DNA from: Nitrospirota bacterium
GTDB lineage: Bacteria; Nitrospirota; Thermodesulfovibrionia; UBA6902
Direction of reading: 5' to 3'
Length of the DNA: 51,536 nucleotides
Assembly (NCBI GenBank): GCA_003354025.1
Contig: PIVU01000004.1
Span: 1 to 51,536 of the forward strand
This document shows positions 37,507 through 46,533 of the stretch, piece by piece; positions within the stretch are counted from its first letter, which is position 1, and every line of letters starts with the position of its first letter. The notes below the pieces were generated by a model. The model was given only the letters and a program-made list of their open reading frames with translations, made no database searches and was not told the origin of the DNA. A program made the translations under genes and the position numbers.

Positions 37507-38268
37507 ATGAATAAACAATCTAAAATCATCACCGGCCGGAATCGGACATTAACGAATGTGGGAAATAATTATTATACACTGGATAATGTTTCAGCTCGTC
37601 GTGCAAAACATACGAAAATGATAACTGGTATATTCATGGTCATCGTTCTGGTCGGTATGTACAGTGTCTTTTCTGAAACAGGAGTTCTCGATATCATGAT
37701 GAACGGAGAGATGCTGCAGGAAAGGATTGGTCAGCTTGGTTTCTGGGGGCCTCTTATGATTATCAGTCTGATAGCTGTTGCAATAGTTTTCAGTCCTCTG
37801 CCCAGTGCTCCCATCGCTCTTGCAGCGGGAGCAGTGTATGGTCATACCTATGGAATGGTTTATGTTCTTGCCGGATCTATGATTGGAGCTATTGTTGCTT
37901 TTAGTATTGCCCGGGTTCTTGGTTATGAAATCGTGCATAAGTTGATTGATAAGAAATTTTCTGTAAAATTGCCGGGCGGGCAGAATACTCTGACAGGGCT
38001 TGTTTTCGTAAGCCGTCTTATACCATTCATTTCCTTTGACTCAATTAGTTATATTGCGGGATTGACATCTCTTACATTCTGGAGGTTTACTGCTGCTACT
38101 TTTGCCGGGATAGTTCCGGCCAGTTTTTTGTTGGCCCATTTTGGGAGCGAGATAGCCGCAACTGAAGCAGGGCAGAGTATGGTTACGATTATTTTGCTGA
38201 GTGGGATTACACTGATTCCGCTGGCCTTTGCAGGCATAAAAATACTTCGCAACAGAAATTGCTTCTAG
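37507..38268 (+). CDS. TVP38/TMEM64 (DedA/SNARE-associated) membrane protein
   Basis: SPLPSAPIALAAGAVYG, RLIPFISFD.ISYIAG. Confidence 0.88.
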   Translation: MNKQSKIITGRNRTLTNVGNNYYTLDNVSARRAKHTKMITGIFMVIVLVGMYSVFSETGVLDIMMNGEMLQERIGQLGFWGPLMIISLIAVAIVFSPLPSAPIALAAGAVYGHTYGMVYVLAGSMIGAIVAFSIARVLGYEIVHKLIDKKFSVKLPGGQNTLTGLVFVSRLIPFISFDSISYIAGLTSLTFWRFTAATFAGIVPASFLLAHFGSEIAATEAGQSMVTIILLSGITLIPLAFAGIKILRNRNCF

Positions 38269-38308
38269 CTTTTATTAAACTTGAAGATGCAGGAAATAAC
38301 CAGGTGAG

Positions 38309-39337
38309 TTGACGGAGGTTATATATTTGGAAAAGATTTTTGACCACACAAGATATTTTCTAGTATTTATTATAGGATCGTCTCTGGGAATAACTTACCT
38401 GCACTATTCCACTCTTCCAGGCGTTCTTGAACTTCATAATATATTTACCGAGCTATACTATGTGCCCATACTTCTGGGAGCTCTTGCATTCGGGCTTAGA
38501 GGCGCTGTTATAACCTATCTTTTTGTGACCCTGTTGTATGTCCCATATGTTGTGGTGCACTGGTCTGGCACTAATCTGTTTATTATAAATAAAATATTCC
38601 ATGCTGTATTTTCCGGTACATTTGCTGTTCTGGCCGGAGTGCTTTCCGACAGGGAGAGGAAGCGACAGGAGCAGGTGGATAAAGACCGGTATCTTGCCGG
38701 GCTTGGTCGTGCTGCTGCTGCGATTGTTCATGATCTAAAGAACCCGATAATTACAATACGGGGTTTTTCAAGACGTATAATGCAGCGCAAAGGGGATATT
38801 GATACTGCTGCCCGGATAGTTAATGATTCCGCAAAGCATATGGAGGCAATAGTCCATAATGTACTTGATTTTGCCAGAGCTGTACAGCTTGATAGGCGGG
38901 AGGACAATATTAACAGAGTGTTAGAAAAAGCTTGTGAATCCTGTGAGACAAAGGCCGCTGACGCAGGAGTGGCGCTGTCTCTTGATCTCCCTGCTGGACC
39001 TGTTATAGGTGACTTTGATTCTATCCATATGCAGCGTGCCCTGGTGAATTTAATTAGTAATGCCATTGAAGCTTCCGCGAAACATGATGTTGTCGCAGTA
39101 AGCTCCGAGGCAGTTGATGATTCAATTAGTGTCAGGATAAAGGACAATGGTAAGGGGATGGACAAAGAAGCACTTGAGAATATTTTCATCCCTTTCTATA
39201 CAAGTAAGAGTTCCGGTACAGGTATAGGCACTGCTATTGCAAAAAAAGTGATTGAAGGACATAAAGGAAGAATCCGGGTGAACAGCAGGCCGGGACTGGG
39301 AACGGAAATACTGATAAAGTTGCCTGCGTCTAATTAA
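38309..39337 (+). CDS. intramembrane-sensing histidine kinase (no cognate regulator in window)
   Basis: TM bundle with LHY..LHN..LYYVP; VHDLKNP, NAIEA, DNGKG, GTGIG. Confidence 0.88.
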   Translation: MTEVIYLEKIFDHTRYFLVFIIGSSLGITYLHYSTLPGVLELHNIFTELYYVPILLGALAFGLRGAVITYLFVTLLYVPYVVVHWSGTNLFIINKIFHAVFSGTFAVLAGVLSDRERKRQEQVDKDRYLAGLGRAAAAIVHDLKNPIITIRGFSRRIMQRKGDIDTAARIVNDSAKHMEAIVHNVLDFARAVQLDRREDNINRVLEKACESCETKAADAGVALSLDLPAGPVIGDFDSIHMQRALVNLISNAIEASAKHDVVAVSSEAVDDSISVRIKDNGKGMDKEALENIFIPFYTSKSSGTGIGTAIAKKVIEGHKGRIRVNSRPGLGTEILIKLPASN

Positions 39338-39668
39338 TTGATCTGATCCGTCCTGTGTGGCGGTCGAAAATAATTGTATCAACTACATTGTTATTGTCCT
39401 TGATAACTACTTTCATAAACCTACCCTTATCTTTGATGATTTCATAATTAAGCCCTTTATCACCGAAATAATGTGTGAGTGATTCCCTGACTTCTTTGAT
39501 GTCAAGCATGTGCTTATGCATGCCATAATTGCTGACACGGTCGCAGAAATCACCATAGGGCGTAACATGTTTGTTTTTGTGCCCTGCTGATGCAATGACC
39601 GGACTTGTTAATAATACGGCCAATGCAATGGCTGAAATCAATGTTTTCTTTATGCTCATATCACTCAT
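39330..39668 (-). CDS. exported PepSY-like hypothetical protein
   Basis: signal peptide; C-terminal VDTIIFDRHTGRIRSI; start uncertain (39668 or 39659). Confidence 0.65.
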   Translation of the reverse strand: MSDMSIKKTLISAIALAVLLTSPVIASAGHKNKHVTPYGDFCDRVSNYGMHKHMLDIKEVRESLTHYFGDKGLNYEIIKDKGRFMKVVIKDNNNVVDTIIFDRHTGRIRSIN

Positions 39669-39690
39669 TTTGACTCTCTCTGCTAGTTCT

Positions 39691-39757
39691 TTTTTACCAT
39701 GTAAAGATGAAGGCATTGTGAAATTCCAGCTGTTTGGATGAGTTCACAATTTATTCA
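39691..39757. promoter_or_regulatory. divergent TTCA direct-repeat boxes
   Basis: minus strand: 39724/39713 then TAAAAA at 39696; plus strand: AGTTCA 39741/TATTCA 39752 with no downstream plus-strand gene. Confidence 0.5.
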
Positions 39758-39902
39758 TAACTTATTTATGATATGTTCTTAATTTATTGGCTAATTATAA
39801 TTAAAGCTCAGTATGCTTATTGAATAAAGCGATGAACGGTGCAGCTATGGGATTGTCTTTATTGTCAGTATGAGTTACTCATGCTCTTTCTTAGCGGGTC
39901 AT

Positions 39903-42900
39903 TCAGCTCAGGAGATAATTAAAATCCGACTTTGAGATGGAGAGACTTTTTTTGCTTCCTGTTGTATCGTCCATGACAGCTTTGTAAAGGACGAGTTTCT
40001 TTTTCTTTAGCTGCATCATTTTTTCTTCTATTGTATGGTGCGTGAGGATTCTTGTGATTGTTACTTTATTTTTCTGTCCTATACGGTGTGCCCTGTCTGA
40101 TGCCTGGTTTTCTACTGCCGGGTTCCACCATGGGTCCAGGTGGAATACATAAGAGGCCCTTGTCAGGTTTAGTCCCTGGCCTCCTGCCTTGAGACTCAGG
40201 AGGAATATGGAAGGACCTTCTCCTGACTGGAATGTTTCGATGAGTTTCTTTCTCTTGGTGACTGCTGTTGAACCGTCCAGTCTCAGGAAATCCATTTTGT
40301 TCTTTTCTAGGTCCTTTTCTAAAATGTCCAGAAATGAAGTGAATTGCGAAAATACCAGTGCGCTGTGTCCCTCGTCCTGAAGCTCTTTGAGTTTGGTCAA
40401 GAGGAAATCGATCTTGGGTGATGGTTCTTTTATGTCATCAGAGATCAACATAGGGGAGATGCACAACTGCCTGAGTTTCAGAATGGCGGTAAGAGCAATG
40501 ATCTTGGCCTGTGATGATGTTTTGCTTTTGTAGGCATCATCGATTCTCGATTTTACCTGTTCAACGGTCTTATTATAAAGGGCCTTTTGCTTGTCAGTTA
40601 GTTCAAGGTATATGTCGTTTTCTATCTTTGGCGGAAGTTCTTTTAATATCTTGTCCTTTGTTCTTCTAAGGACAAACGGCTTTGTCCTGTTAATTATCAT
40701 GTCCAGGACAGGAGATGTGTCTTGTTTAATTAACGGTTTGAATTTATCATAGTCGCCGAGCAGCCCGGGTAGTACAAGGTCGATGATCGAGTAGTATTCA
40801 CCGACATGGTTTTCAAGCGGTGTGCCTGTTACTGCCAGGTTAAAGTTCGAGCTGAGGCGTCTCACCGCCCCTGTGGTATCGGCATATATGTTCTTAATTG
40901 CCTGTGCTTCATCAAAGATGATTACATCAAACCGGATCTCTTTAAGCTTTTCAATATCTCTCCGGACCAGGCCGTATGTTGTGAGGACAATATCATGTCC
41001 TTCAAAGGCGATCTCCCTGTCATTGCCTGTGTACATATATATTTTCAGGCTGGGGCAGAATTTGTTTATCTCATTTTCCCAATTAAAGAGGAGGCTGGGA
41101 GGGACTACTATCAGGTGAGCACATGGCTTGAAGGCAGTGGGGAATTTGACCAGCCTCTCTTTGATTCCACCGAGCAGTGTAATCGCCTGGACTGTTTTCC
41201 CCAGGCCCATATCGTCGGCAAGGCAAGCGCCGAACCTGTGTTCATAGAGAAATGAAAGCCAGTAGTAACCGTCTTTTTGGTAAGGCCTAAGCTTTGCCTT
41301 CAGTTTTGCGGGCAGGGCGCGGGGTTCTATTTTGTCGAACCGGCCAAGTCTCTCTATTATCGCTTCGTCTGCCGGCGGGAGCTTGACCCTGACCCCGCTC
41401 CGGCGGAGCTCTATCCAGTCCAGGATCTGAAGTCGCGGGACTCGTACTATTTCCTTCCCTTTTGCGCCTGTTGTTGACGATTGGTCCGTAGAATAGATAG
41501 ACGAGATAATATTAAAGATCCTCCTGGCATTGGAGTCCATTATTCTTACTGTGCCGGCTTTTTCGACAACTGATTTATTCCTGAGCATTTCCATCCATTC
41601 TGATTCGTCAATGAGTTTGCCATCGCATTCAATCTCCGGCTTTATCTCAAACCAGTCAATGCCCGAGAGCCTGTTTGCATCAAAGGCAAAGTCCCACTTT
41701 GATTCAACTACGCGGCTACTTTTGAAGAACAGCTCGATATTATGTTCCTTGAACTTTTCATATAGCAGCGGCAGGTTTTCATGAAGTTCGCGCGCAGGCA
41801 CGAGCATTTCATCATGATCAGGGATATTGTTGAATATTTTCCAGCCGAATATTTCATAGGGGATTTTATAGAGCGCCGTCTCCTTGTCCTTGTTAATTGG
41901 TGCTGTTATCCATTTGCCTTCATGCAACTGTAGTTGCTTTTCCTTCTTTAAAAAGATTGAAAGGTGATCATTAAGGAACCTGCGGGCCTCACGTTTAATC
42001 CTCGGTCGATTGAAGTCCCCATCTGACAGGGCATCCTTAACTGCCCTGAGCCGTGCTGTCTTTGTTCCGGCTGATAGCATATTGAAGAAGGCCCTGCAAA
42101 TGAATGCCTTCCGCTTGTTTGCCCTAAGGAAGCTGCTTAACTCATTGTTCAGTGATACAAAAAAATTAAAGAGGTTGTAAGATGGGGACTGCATCAATCC
42201 TCCGAGATTGCATGCGGCCTTTATGATTAGAATGTCTTTATTATATTTAGCTGGAAGGATTGTAGCTCTGTAACTGTGGGAGGCTTTTACAGGTTTGCAC
42301 CTCCTTCCCTTTAGCTTGAGGGCCAGGTCATCAGGCTTCTCTTCATCAGAGGGCAGTGACGGGGATATGATCTGGATCCTCTTAAATTTACCAGTAGATA
42401 TTCTGAAAGATTCTTCCGGAAGGTCTGAAATATAATCGTTGTTATGTTCGGTTAATTCCATTAAATTATTCCATAGTTCCCAGCCGCTCCTGTCCCTTAT
42501 TAGCCCAATCTTATGAGTATTGAAATTAATAATGAAATCGTATTCAATGATACAATTCGTGACTTCTTTGCCTTTGTTCATTAAGAATTTTCGTGCTGTA
42601 ACAAACTTGTTCCCGGCATCCAGTTCGGTTATGCATGAGTAAGGCGTTGAGTCGTCAAATTCAATAGCGGATTTACCTTCACCTGTATTTAATGAAATTG
42701 GGTATTTATTACCGTAGCTAACAAGATACTTTTTGAAATAAGACAACCTATAGTAAGTTGCTGATATCATTTGCTTAAGCTCCTCCGGGATTCCGTCCAT
42801 ATATGGATATGCTTTTTGATCGTTTCTAAGAACGGAAATGTTGCAGCCGAAGGATGATAATTCCAGCACTATGGAATACTCAATGGATTCATCTTGGACC

Positions 42901-43346
42901 GGAGCCTGAACTGAGTTGAATAATTTACGGGAGAGGGTGTCTCTGTAAACAATATCTTGAGCCGGATGCCTGAATGAATCCGGCTGGAAGAGGTTCTTTA
43001 TTGTGATAAGCGTGCAGGTGACATGCTTGCAGTTAGTGTACGGTGTCCATGCCGGACAGTCACAGGATGTTAAGATGTCGCTGCCTGCCGAAGAAATATC
43101 TACGGAATAATGCCTGGTGCCGTATACCGTTGCCGTAAGAACGGAATAATCATCGCTCCATTCGAAGTCCATGAGATTATTCTTTTTATAATAATTAAAT
43201 CCCCGTTCAACATATTTCTTCGGGGCCATGGCATAAATAGAATTAGCCGGCAAAGATTCAAGGGCTTTAAATAGTTTTTTCTGATTAAGATTGATGATAT
43301 TATTTGACATAACAGGCTTCTGAGTTGCAACCTCTAATTTTATCAC
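39903..43346 (-). CDS. SWIM zinc finger / SNF2 family helicase
   Basis: CDCP..CKH SWIM; LADDMGLGKT, FDEAQAIKN, TGTPLEN, QASDRAHRIGQ. Confidence 0.93.
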   Translation of the reverse strand: MIKLEVATQKPVMSNNIINLNQKKLFKALESLPANSIYAMAPKKYVERGFNYYKKNNLMDFEWSDDYSVLTATVYGTRHYSVDISSAGSDILTSCDCPAWTPYTNCKHVTCTLITIKNLFQPDSFRHPAQDIVYRDTLSRKLFNSVQAPVQDESIEYSIVLELSSFGCNISVLRNDQKAYPYMDGIPEELKQMISATYYRLSYFKKYLVSYGNKYPISLNTGEGKSAIEFDDSTPYSCITELDAGNKFVTARKFLMNKGKEVTNCIIEYDFIINFNTHKIGLIRDRSGWELWNNLMELTEHNNDYISDLPEESFRISTGKFKRIQIISPSLPSDEEKPDDLALKLKGRRCKPVKASHSYRATILPAKYNKDILIIKAACNLGGLMQSPSYNLFNFFVSLNNELSSFLRANKRKAFICRAFFNMLSAGTKTARLRAVKDALSDGDFNRPRIKREARRFLNDHLSIFLKKEKQLQLHEGKWITAPINKDKETALYKIPYEIFGWKIFNNIPDHDEMLVPARELHENLPLLYEKFKEHNIELFFKSSRVVESKWDFAFDANRLSGIDWFEIKPEIECDGKLIDESEWMEMLRNKSVVEKAGTVRIMDSNARRIFNIISSIYSTDQSSTTGAKGKEIVRVPRLQILDWIELRRSGVRVKLPPADEAIIERLGRFDKIEPRALPAKLKAKLRPYQKDGYYWLSFLYEHRFGACLADDMGLGKTVQAITLLGGIKERLVKFPTAFKPCAHLIVVPPSLLFNWENEINKFCPSLKIYMYTGNDREIAFEGHDIVLTTYGLVRRDIEKLKEIRFDVIIFDEAQAIKNIYADTTGAVRRLSSNFNLAVTGTPLENHVGEYYSIIDLVLPGLLGDYDKFKPLIKQDTSPVLDMIINRTKPFVLRRTKDKILKELPPKIENDIYLELTDKQKALYNKTVEQVKSRIDDAYKSKTSSQAKIIALTAILKLRQLCISPMLISDDIKEPSPKIDFLLTKLKELQDEGHSALVFSQFTSFLDILEKDLEKNKMDFLRLDGSTAVTKRKKLIETFQSGEGPSIFLLSLKAGGQGLNLTRASYVFHLDPWWNPAVENQASDRAHRIGQKNKVTITRILTHHTIEEKMMQLKKKKLVLYKAVMDDTTGSKKSLSISKSDFNYLLS

Positions 43347-43605
43347 ACTGGAAATGTTTCAGGGATATGTAACATTATGAAAACTGGCTCTTAGTGTAAT
43401 AGAGTGGGGCAAGTTTGCGTGTGTAATGGTTCTCTTGCTGTCCTCCTCATTGGCGAGGAGGGCCTGCCTGCCGGCAGGGTTAGGGCAGATTTTACAATTC
43501 ATGAAAAATTCTATAGAAAATTAATTGAAATAGTTGTTTAATAAGAGCAAGATTGACTTTTTGTTGATTTAATTATTCAAAACCAAAAGAGAAAAGGAGG
43601 CCTTA

Positions 43606-44226
43606 ATGAAAAAAGCATTAATATTTTTATTCACATTAACACTACTATTTGTGAACATTGCATTTGCAACACACGAGACAGCCAAGCCGGCTGTGTTGTA
43701 TATGAGTGACGATGAACAGATCGCACTCGCACGGAGCGCCGCCCCGTCCTTCATATCAAGAGATGCTGCTATTATTATCTTAAACTGGGACGGCAAATTT
43801 AAAACAGTCCGTAAAGGCACAAACGGATTTACATGTTATTCAGACGTTGACAAAATAGACGTACCTGTGCCGTCATGTATGGATGAAGCGGCATTGCAGT
43901 GGTGGAACGATTTTATAAGCAGGAAGCCGAAACCTACCAACAAAATACCCGGAGTTGCTTACATGGCACAGGGTGCGCTGCGCTGGGAGAAAGAGGGGAA
44001 GATATTTATGGACTGGCATACACCGGGAACAAAGAGAGTGAAGGAACCACCTCACTGGCTGCTCTTCTGGCCTTTTGATCCTAAAAAGACTAAACTCCCA
44101 ACTTATCCCGGCAAGTTCGGCACATCAATAATGTATGAAGGGACTCCCTGGGTCCATATGATGATCTACCAGGACCCTATGTTGATGAATGTGAATGTGA
44201 ATGGGGATGTTCCCGATAAGAAATAG
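43606..44226 (+). CDS. exported hypothetical protein
   Basis: signal peptide AFA; ARSAAP..GTNGFTC..C..YM..PPHW..GTPWVHMM; RBS AGGAGG. Confidence 0.75.
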   Translation: MKKALIFLFTLTLLFVNIAFATHETAKPAVLYMSDDEQIALARSAAPSFISRDAAIIILNWDGKFKTVRKGTNGFTCYSDVDKIDVPVPSCMDEAALQWWNDFISRKPKPTNKIPGVAYMAQGALRWEKEGKIFMDWHTPGTKRVKEPPHWLLFWPFDPKKTKLPTYPGKFGTSIMYEGTPWVHMMIYQDPMLMNVNVNGDVPDKK

Positions 44227-44240
44227 ATAATATATGGGGT

Positions 44241-44267
44241 GAGCCGCTTGAATTGTTCAAGCGGCTT
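44241..44267 (+). terminator. hairpin after the 43606-44226 gene
   Basis: AGCCGCTTGAA-TTG-TTCAAGCGGCT. Confidence 0.55.
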
Positions 44268-44318
44268 AAACTATCCGTAATATACCTCCATAATTACCTC
44301 CTTTAGCTTGAGCGATTT

Positions 44319-44374
44319 TCTTCACAAATTATTCACTTTTTCTTCAATTTATCTTCAAACATGTTTGGTAATCT
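44319..44374 (+). promoter_or_regulatory. four-copy TTCA direct-repeat box plus -10
   Basis: hexamers at 44319/44330/44341/44352; TAATCT at 44369. Confidence 0.8.
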
Positions 44375-44422
44375 TTAATTAAAGAATAGAACTAATAAAC
44401 AGCGGGAAAAAGGAGGCTGAAA

Positions 44423-44829
44423 ATGAAAAAAAATTAATCGGAATAGCTTTAGTATCAATCCTTGCATTCGGTACACTGGCCTTTGCCCAGGGCATGGGCG
44501 GCCGGGGAGGCGGTCAGATGGGCGGCTCCAACAATGGCGGGCATATGATGGACCGGAACTCTGGCGGGCATATGGATGGGACTGGTTATGGCGGACACAT
44601 GGGCGGCCAGACAGGCCAAAGGTATGAAGAAGACCAGACGTTTCTTAATGAAACTGTTGATATAAGAAAAGAGCTACATGAAAAAAGGTTTGAATATGCA
44701 GAAGCTAACCGTGACCCCAACACAACAATTGGAACAATCAGGGCGCTTGAAAAAGAGATTTATGATTTAGAGAGACAGATTAATGAGAAGGCCCCTGCAA
44801 ATAGAAGAGGATACGGGCCCAATTACTAA
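44423..44829 (+). pseudogene. ZraP-like Met/Gly/His-rich periplasmic protein, frameshifted at an A8 tract right after ATG
   Basis: AGGAGG-ATG AAA AAA AAT TAA; one extra A gives MKKKLIGIALVSILAFGTLAFA-QGMGG... in frame with ORF 44494-44829. Confidence 0.7.
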
Positions 44830-44853
44830 AAGCATTCTTCACAAATCCCCTTG

Positions 44854-44892
44854 GAGCGGCCGGAGCATATCCGGCTGCTCTCCTTCCTTTTA
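44854..44892 (+). terminator. intrinsic terminator-like hairpin
   Basis: GAGCGGCCGGA / TCCGGCTGCTC followed by a pyrimidine/T run. Confidence 0.55.
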
Positions 44893-44923
44893 GCAACTTA
44901 TATAATGATTAGTTCTCAAGAGG

Positions 44924-44957
44924 TATTCACAATTTATTCATAATTAAATTTTATAAT
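44924..44957 (+). promoter_or_regulatory. TTCA direct-repeat box plus -10
   Basis: TATTCA at 44924 and 44935; TATAAT at 44952. Confidence 0.78.
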
Positions 44958-44978
44958 ACTATAAATAATGGAGGAATA

Positions 44979-45506
44979 ATGGGAAAATTTATGAAAACAA
45001 TAATTATGCTTTCATTTATGCTGATCAGTGCTTGCGCGATGTCTGCCAATAAGCCTCATCACGAGGCGAATATGCCCGGAATGGATAAACAACCCGATTC
45101 CCAATATGCATGGAAAGTAAACTGGAACTCACTTGAGGAAGGCATGAAAAAATCGAAAGCAGAGGGGAAGCCCATGCTGGTTGACTTTGCAGTCCATGAA
45201 GGGTGTGAGCGCTGTGAATTCCTTCAGGCAAATGTATATAGCCGTGATACAATTGTGGACAGGATTAATAAAGACTTTATACCGATCTTTATAGACCTGG
45301 CCCAGACCTTGACTCCGGAAGAGAGGGCCCTTGGAGAGAAACATGAGTATCACGATGACTGTCTTCTTCTTTTTCTTGACCATAATGGAAAACCGATCTT
45401 TGATAAAGATGACGGGAAAATGTGTTTTGCGGATAATATAGAGCCTGAAGTTTTTATGGATTATCTTAACTACGTCACAAGTATGTACAACAATAAAAAA
45501 CAGTGA
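44979..45506 (+). CDS. thioredoxin-fold lipoprotein
   Basis: lipobox ISAC; W.SLEEG..K.K.EGKPMLVDF..GCERC. Confidence 0.8.
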   Translation: MGKFMKTIIMLSFMLISACAMSANKPHHEANMPGMDKQPDSQYAWKVNWNSLEEGMKKSKAEGKPMLVDFAVHEGCERCEFLQANVYSRDTIVDRINKDFIPIFIDLAQTLTPEERALGEKHEYHDDCLLLFLDHNGKPIFDKDDGKMCFADNIEPEVFMDYLNYVTSMYNNKKQ

Positions 45507-45525
45507 ATAAGATTTCGATGAACTT

Positions 45526-46050
45526 ATGGCCAGACCAATAAAAAGATTTCCTATTGCAGTCCCGTTGATCTTCTGTCTTACTTTAGTTGGATTGATTATT
45601 TTATCAAGCCAGGATGTGCATGCCCACTTTGTAAAAGCTGCGGAAGATGAAATAAGCCCTGTATGCGGCATGCCACTTGATAAGCACCCTGACTGGGCCT
45701 CGGTTATCATGTTTAAAGACGGCAAACATGTGAAACTTCACAGCCCTAAAAATATGTTTGTTTTTTACTTTAACATGGGTAAATATGATAGCAAGCATAA
45801 GAAGCATGATATTTCCACAATGCATGTGATTGACTACTACTCTCGCAAAAATATTAAAGCCAAAGGAGCGTTTTATGTGCTCGGCTGCAATGTGACCGGT
45901 CCCATGGGAGATGATCTTATACCTCTTAAAGATAGAAACGCTGCAGAAAAATTCAGCGCAGAACATGGCGGAAAGATACTTGCCTTCGATGAGATTACCC
46001 CTGACGTGATTAATGATTTAAAGAATGTCACTCCTGATAATTCCCAATAA
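45526..46050 (+). CDS. NosL-family copper-binding accessory protein
   Basis: PVCGM, AFYVLG..V.GPMGDDLIP..AEKF..EHGG. Confidence 0.85.
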   Translation: MARPIKRFPIAVPLIFCLTLVGLIILSSQDVHAHFVKAAEDEISPVCGMPLDKHPDWASVIMFKDGKHVKLHSPKNMFVFYFNMGKYDSKHKKHDISTMHVIDYYSRKNIKAKGAFYVLGCNVTGPMGDDLIPLKDRNAAEKFSAEHGGKILAFDEITPDVINDLKNVTPDNSQ

Positions 46051-46104
46051 TCCCTGTTCTTTAATCTGTTAGTTAACCTTCCTGCTTTCGGATATTCACA
46101 TTAG

Positions 46105-46506
46105 ATGTATAATTACTATATGGATAAACGAAGTGTGTTTTCTAAACCTTTGCTTCTTGTACTACAAGCCTTTTTTGCATTGTTAATTATGGTATCTGCC
46201 TGTTCAGTTGCCCCTGAAGAAACAAATGTGAAGGATACAATAATAAAGCACTTTGAATCCCGAGGCTACAGGGTGGTCAAGCTTGAGATCACGGGGATTG
46301 AGAATTTCCCGCTCGGTAAAAGGGATTATATGGCTCCCAAGAAATACACCGTTGGGGTTCCACATATTGAACTGCTGAGAATCGATAGCAGTACTGGTCC
46401 GCATAGTTCACCGTTAACTTTTAAGAATGCCTCAGTAACTATTAGAAGTACGGACAAGTACGGGGTATGGATGATAGAGAATATTCAGGGGATACCTCTT
46501 ACTTAA
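46105..46506 (+). CDS. hypothetical lipoprotein
   Basis: lipobox VSAC; start may be the second Met. Confidence 0.6.
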   Translation: MYNYYMDKRSVFSKPLLLVLQAFFALLIMVSACSVAPEETNVKDTIIKHFESRGYRVVKLEITGIENFPLGKRDYMAPKKYTVGVPHIELLRIDSSTGPHSSPLTFKNASVTIRSTDKYGVWMIENIQGIPLT

Positions 46507-46533
46507 AAAGAAAGTGATAATTTGCAGGCATTA

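Noticed and set aside
32997-45506. Sec read-through at other TGA stops (32997-32999, 45504-45506)
   Set aside because: These are not at Cys-motif positions, the proteins look complete, and no SECIS-like hairpin follows.
46093-46113. Single TATTCA near TATAAT upstream of the 46105 lipoprotein gene
   Set aside because: No second copy at 11 bp and the offset is 15 rather than 17; not counted in the regulon.
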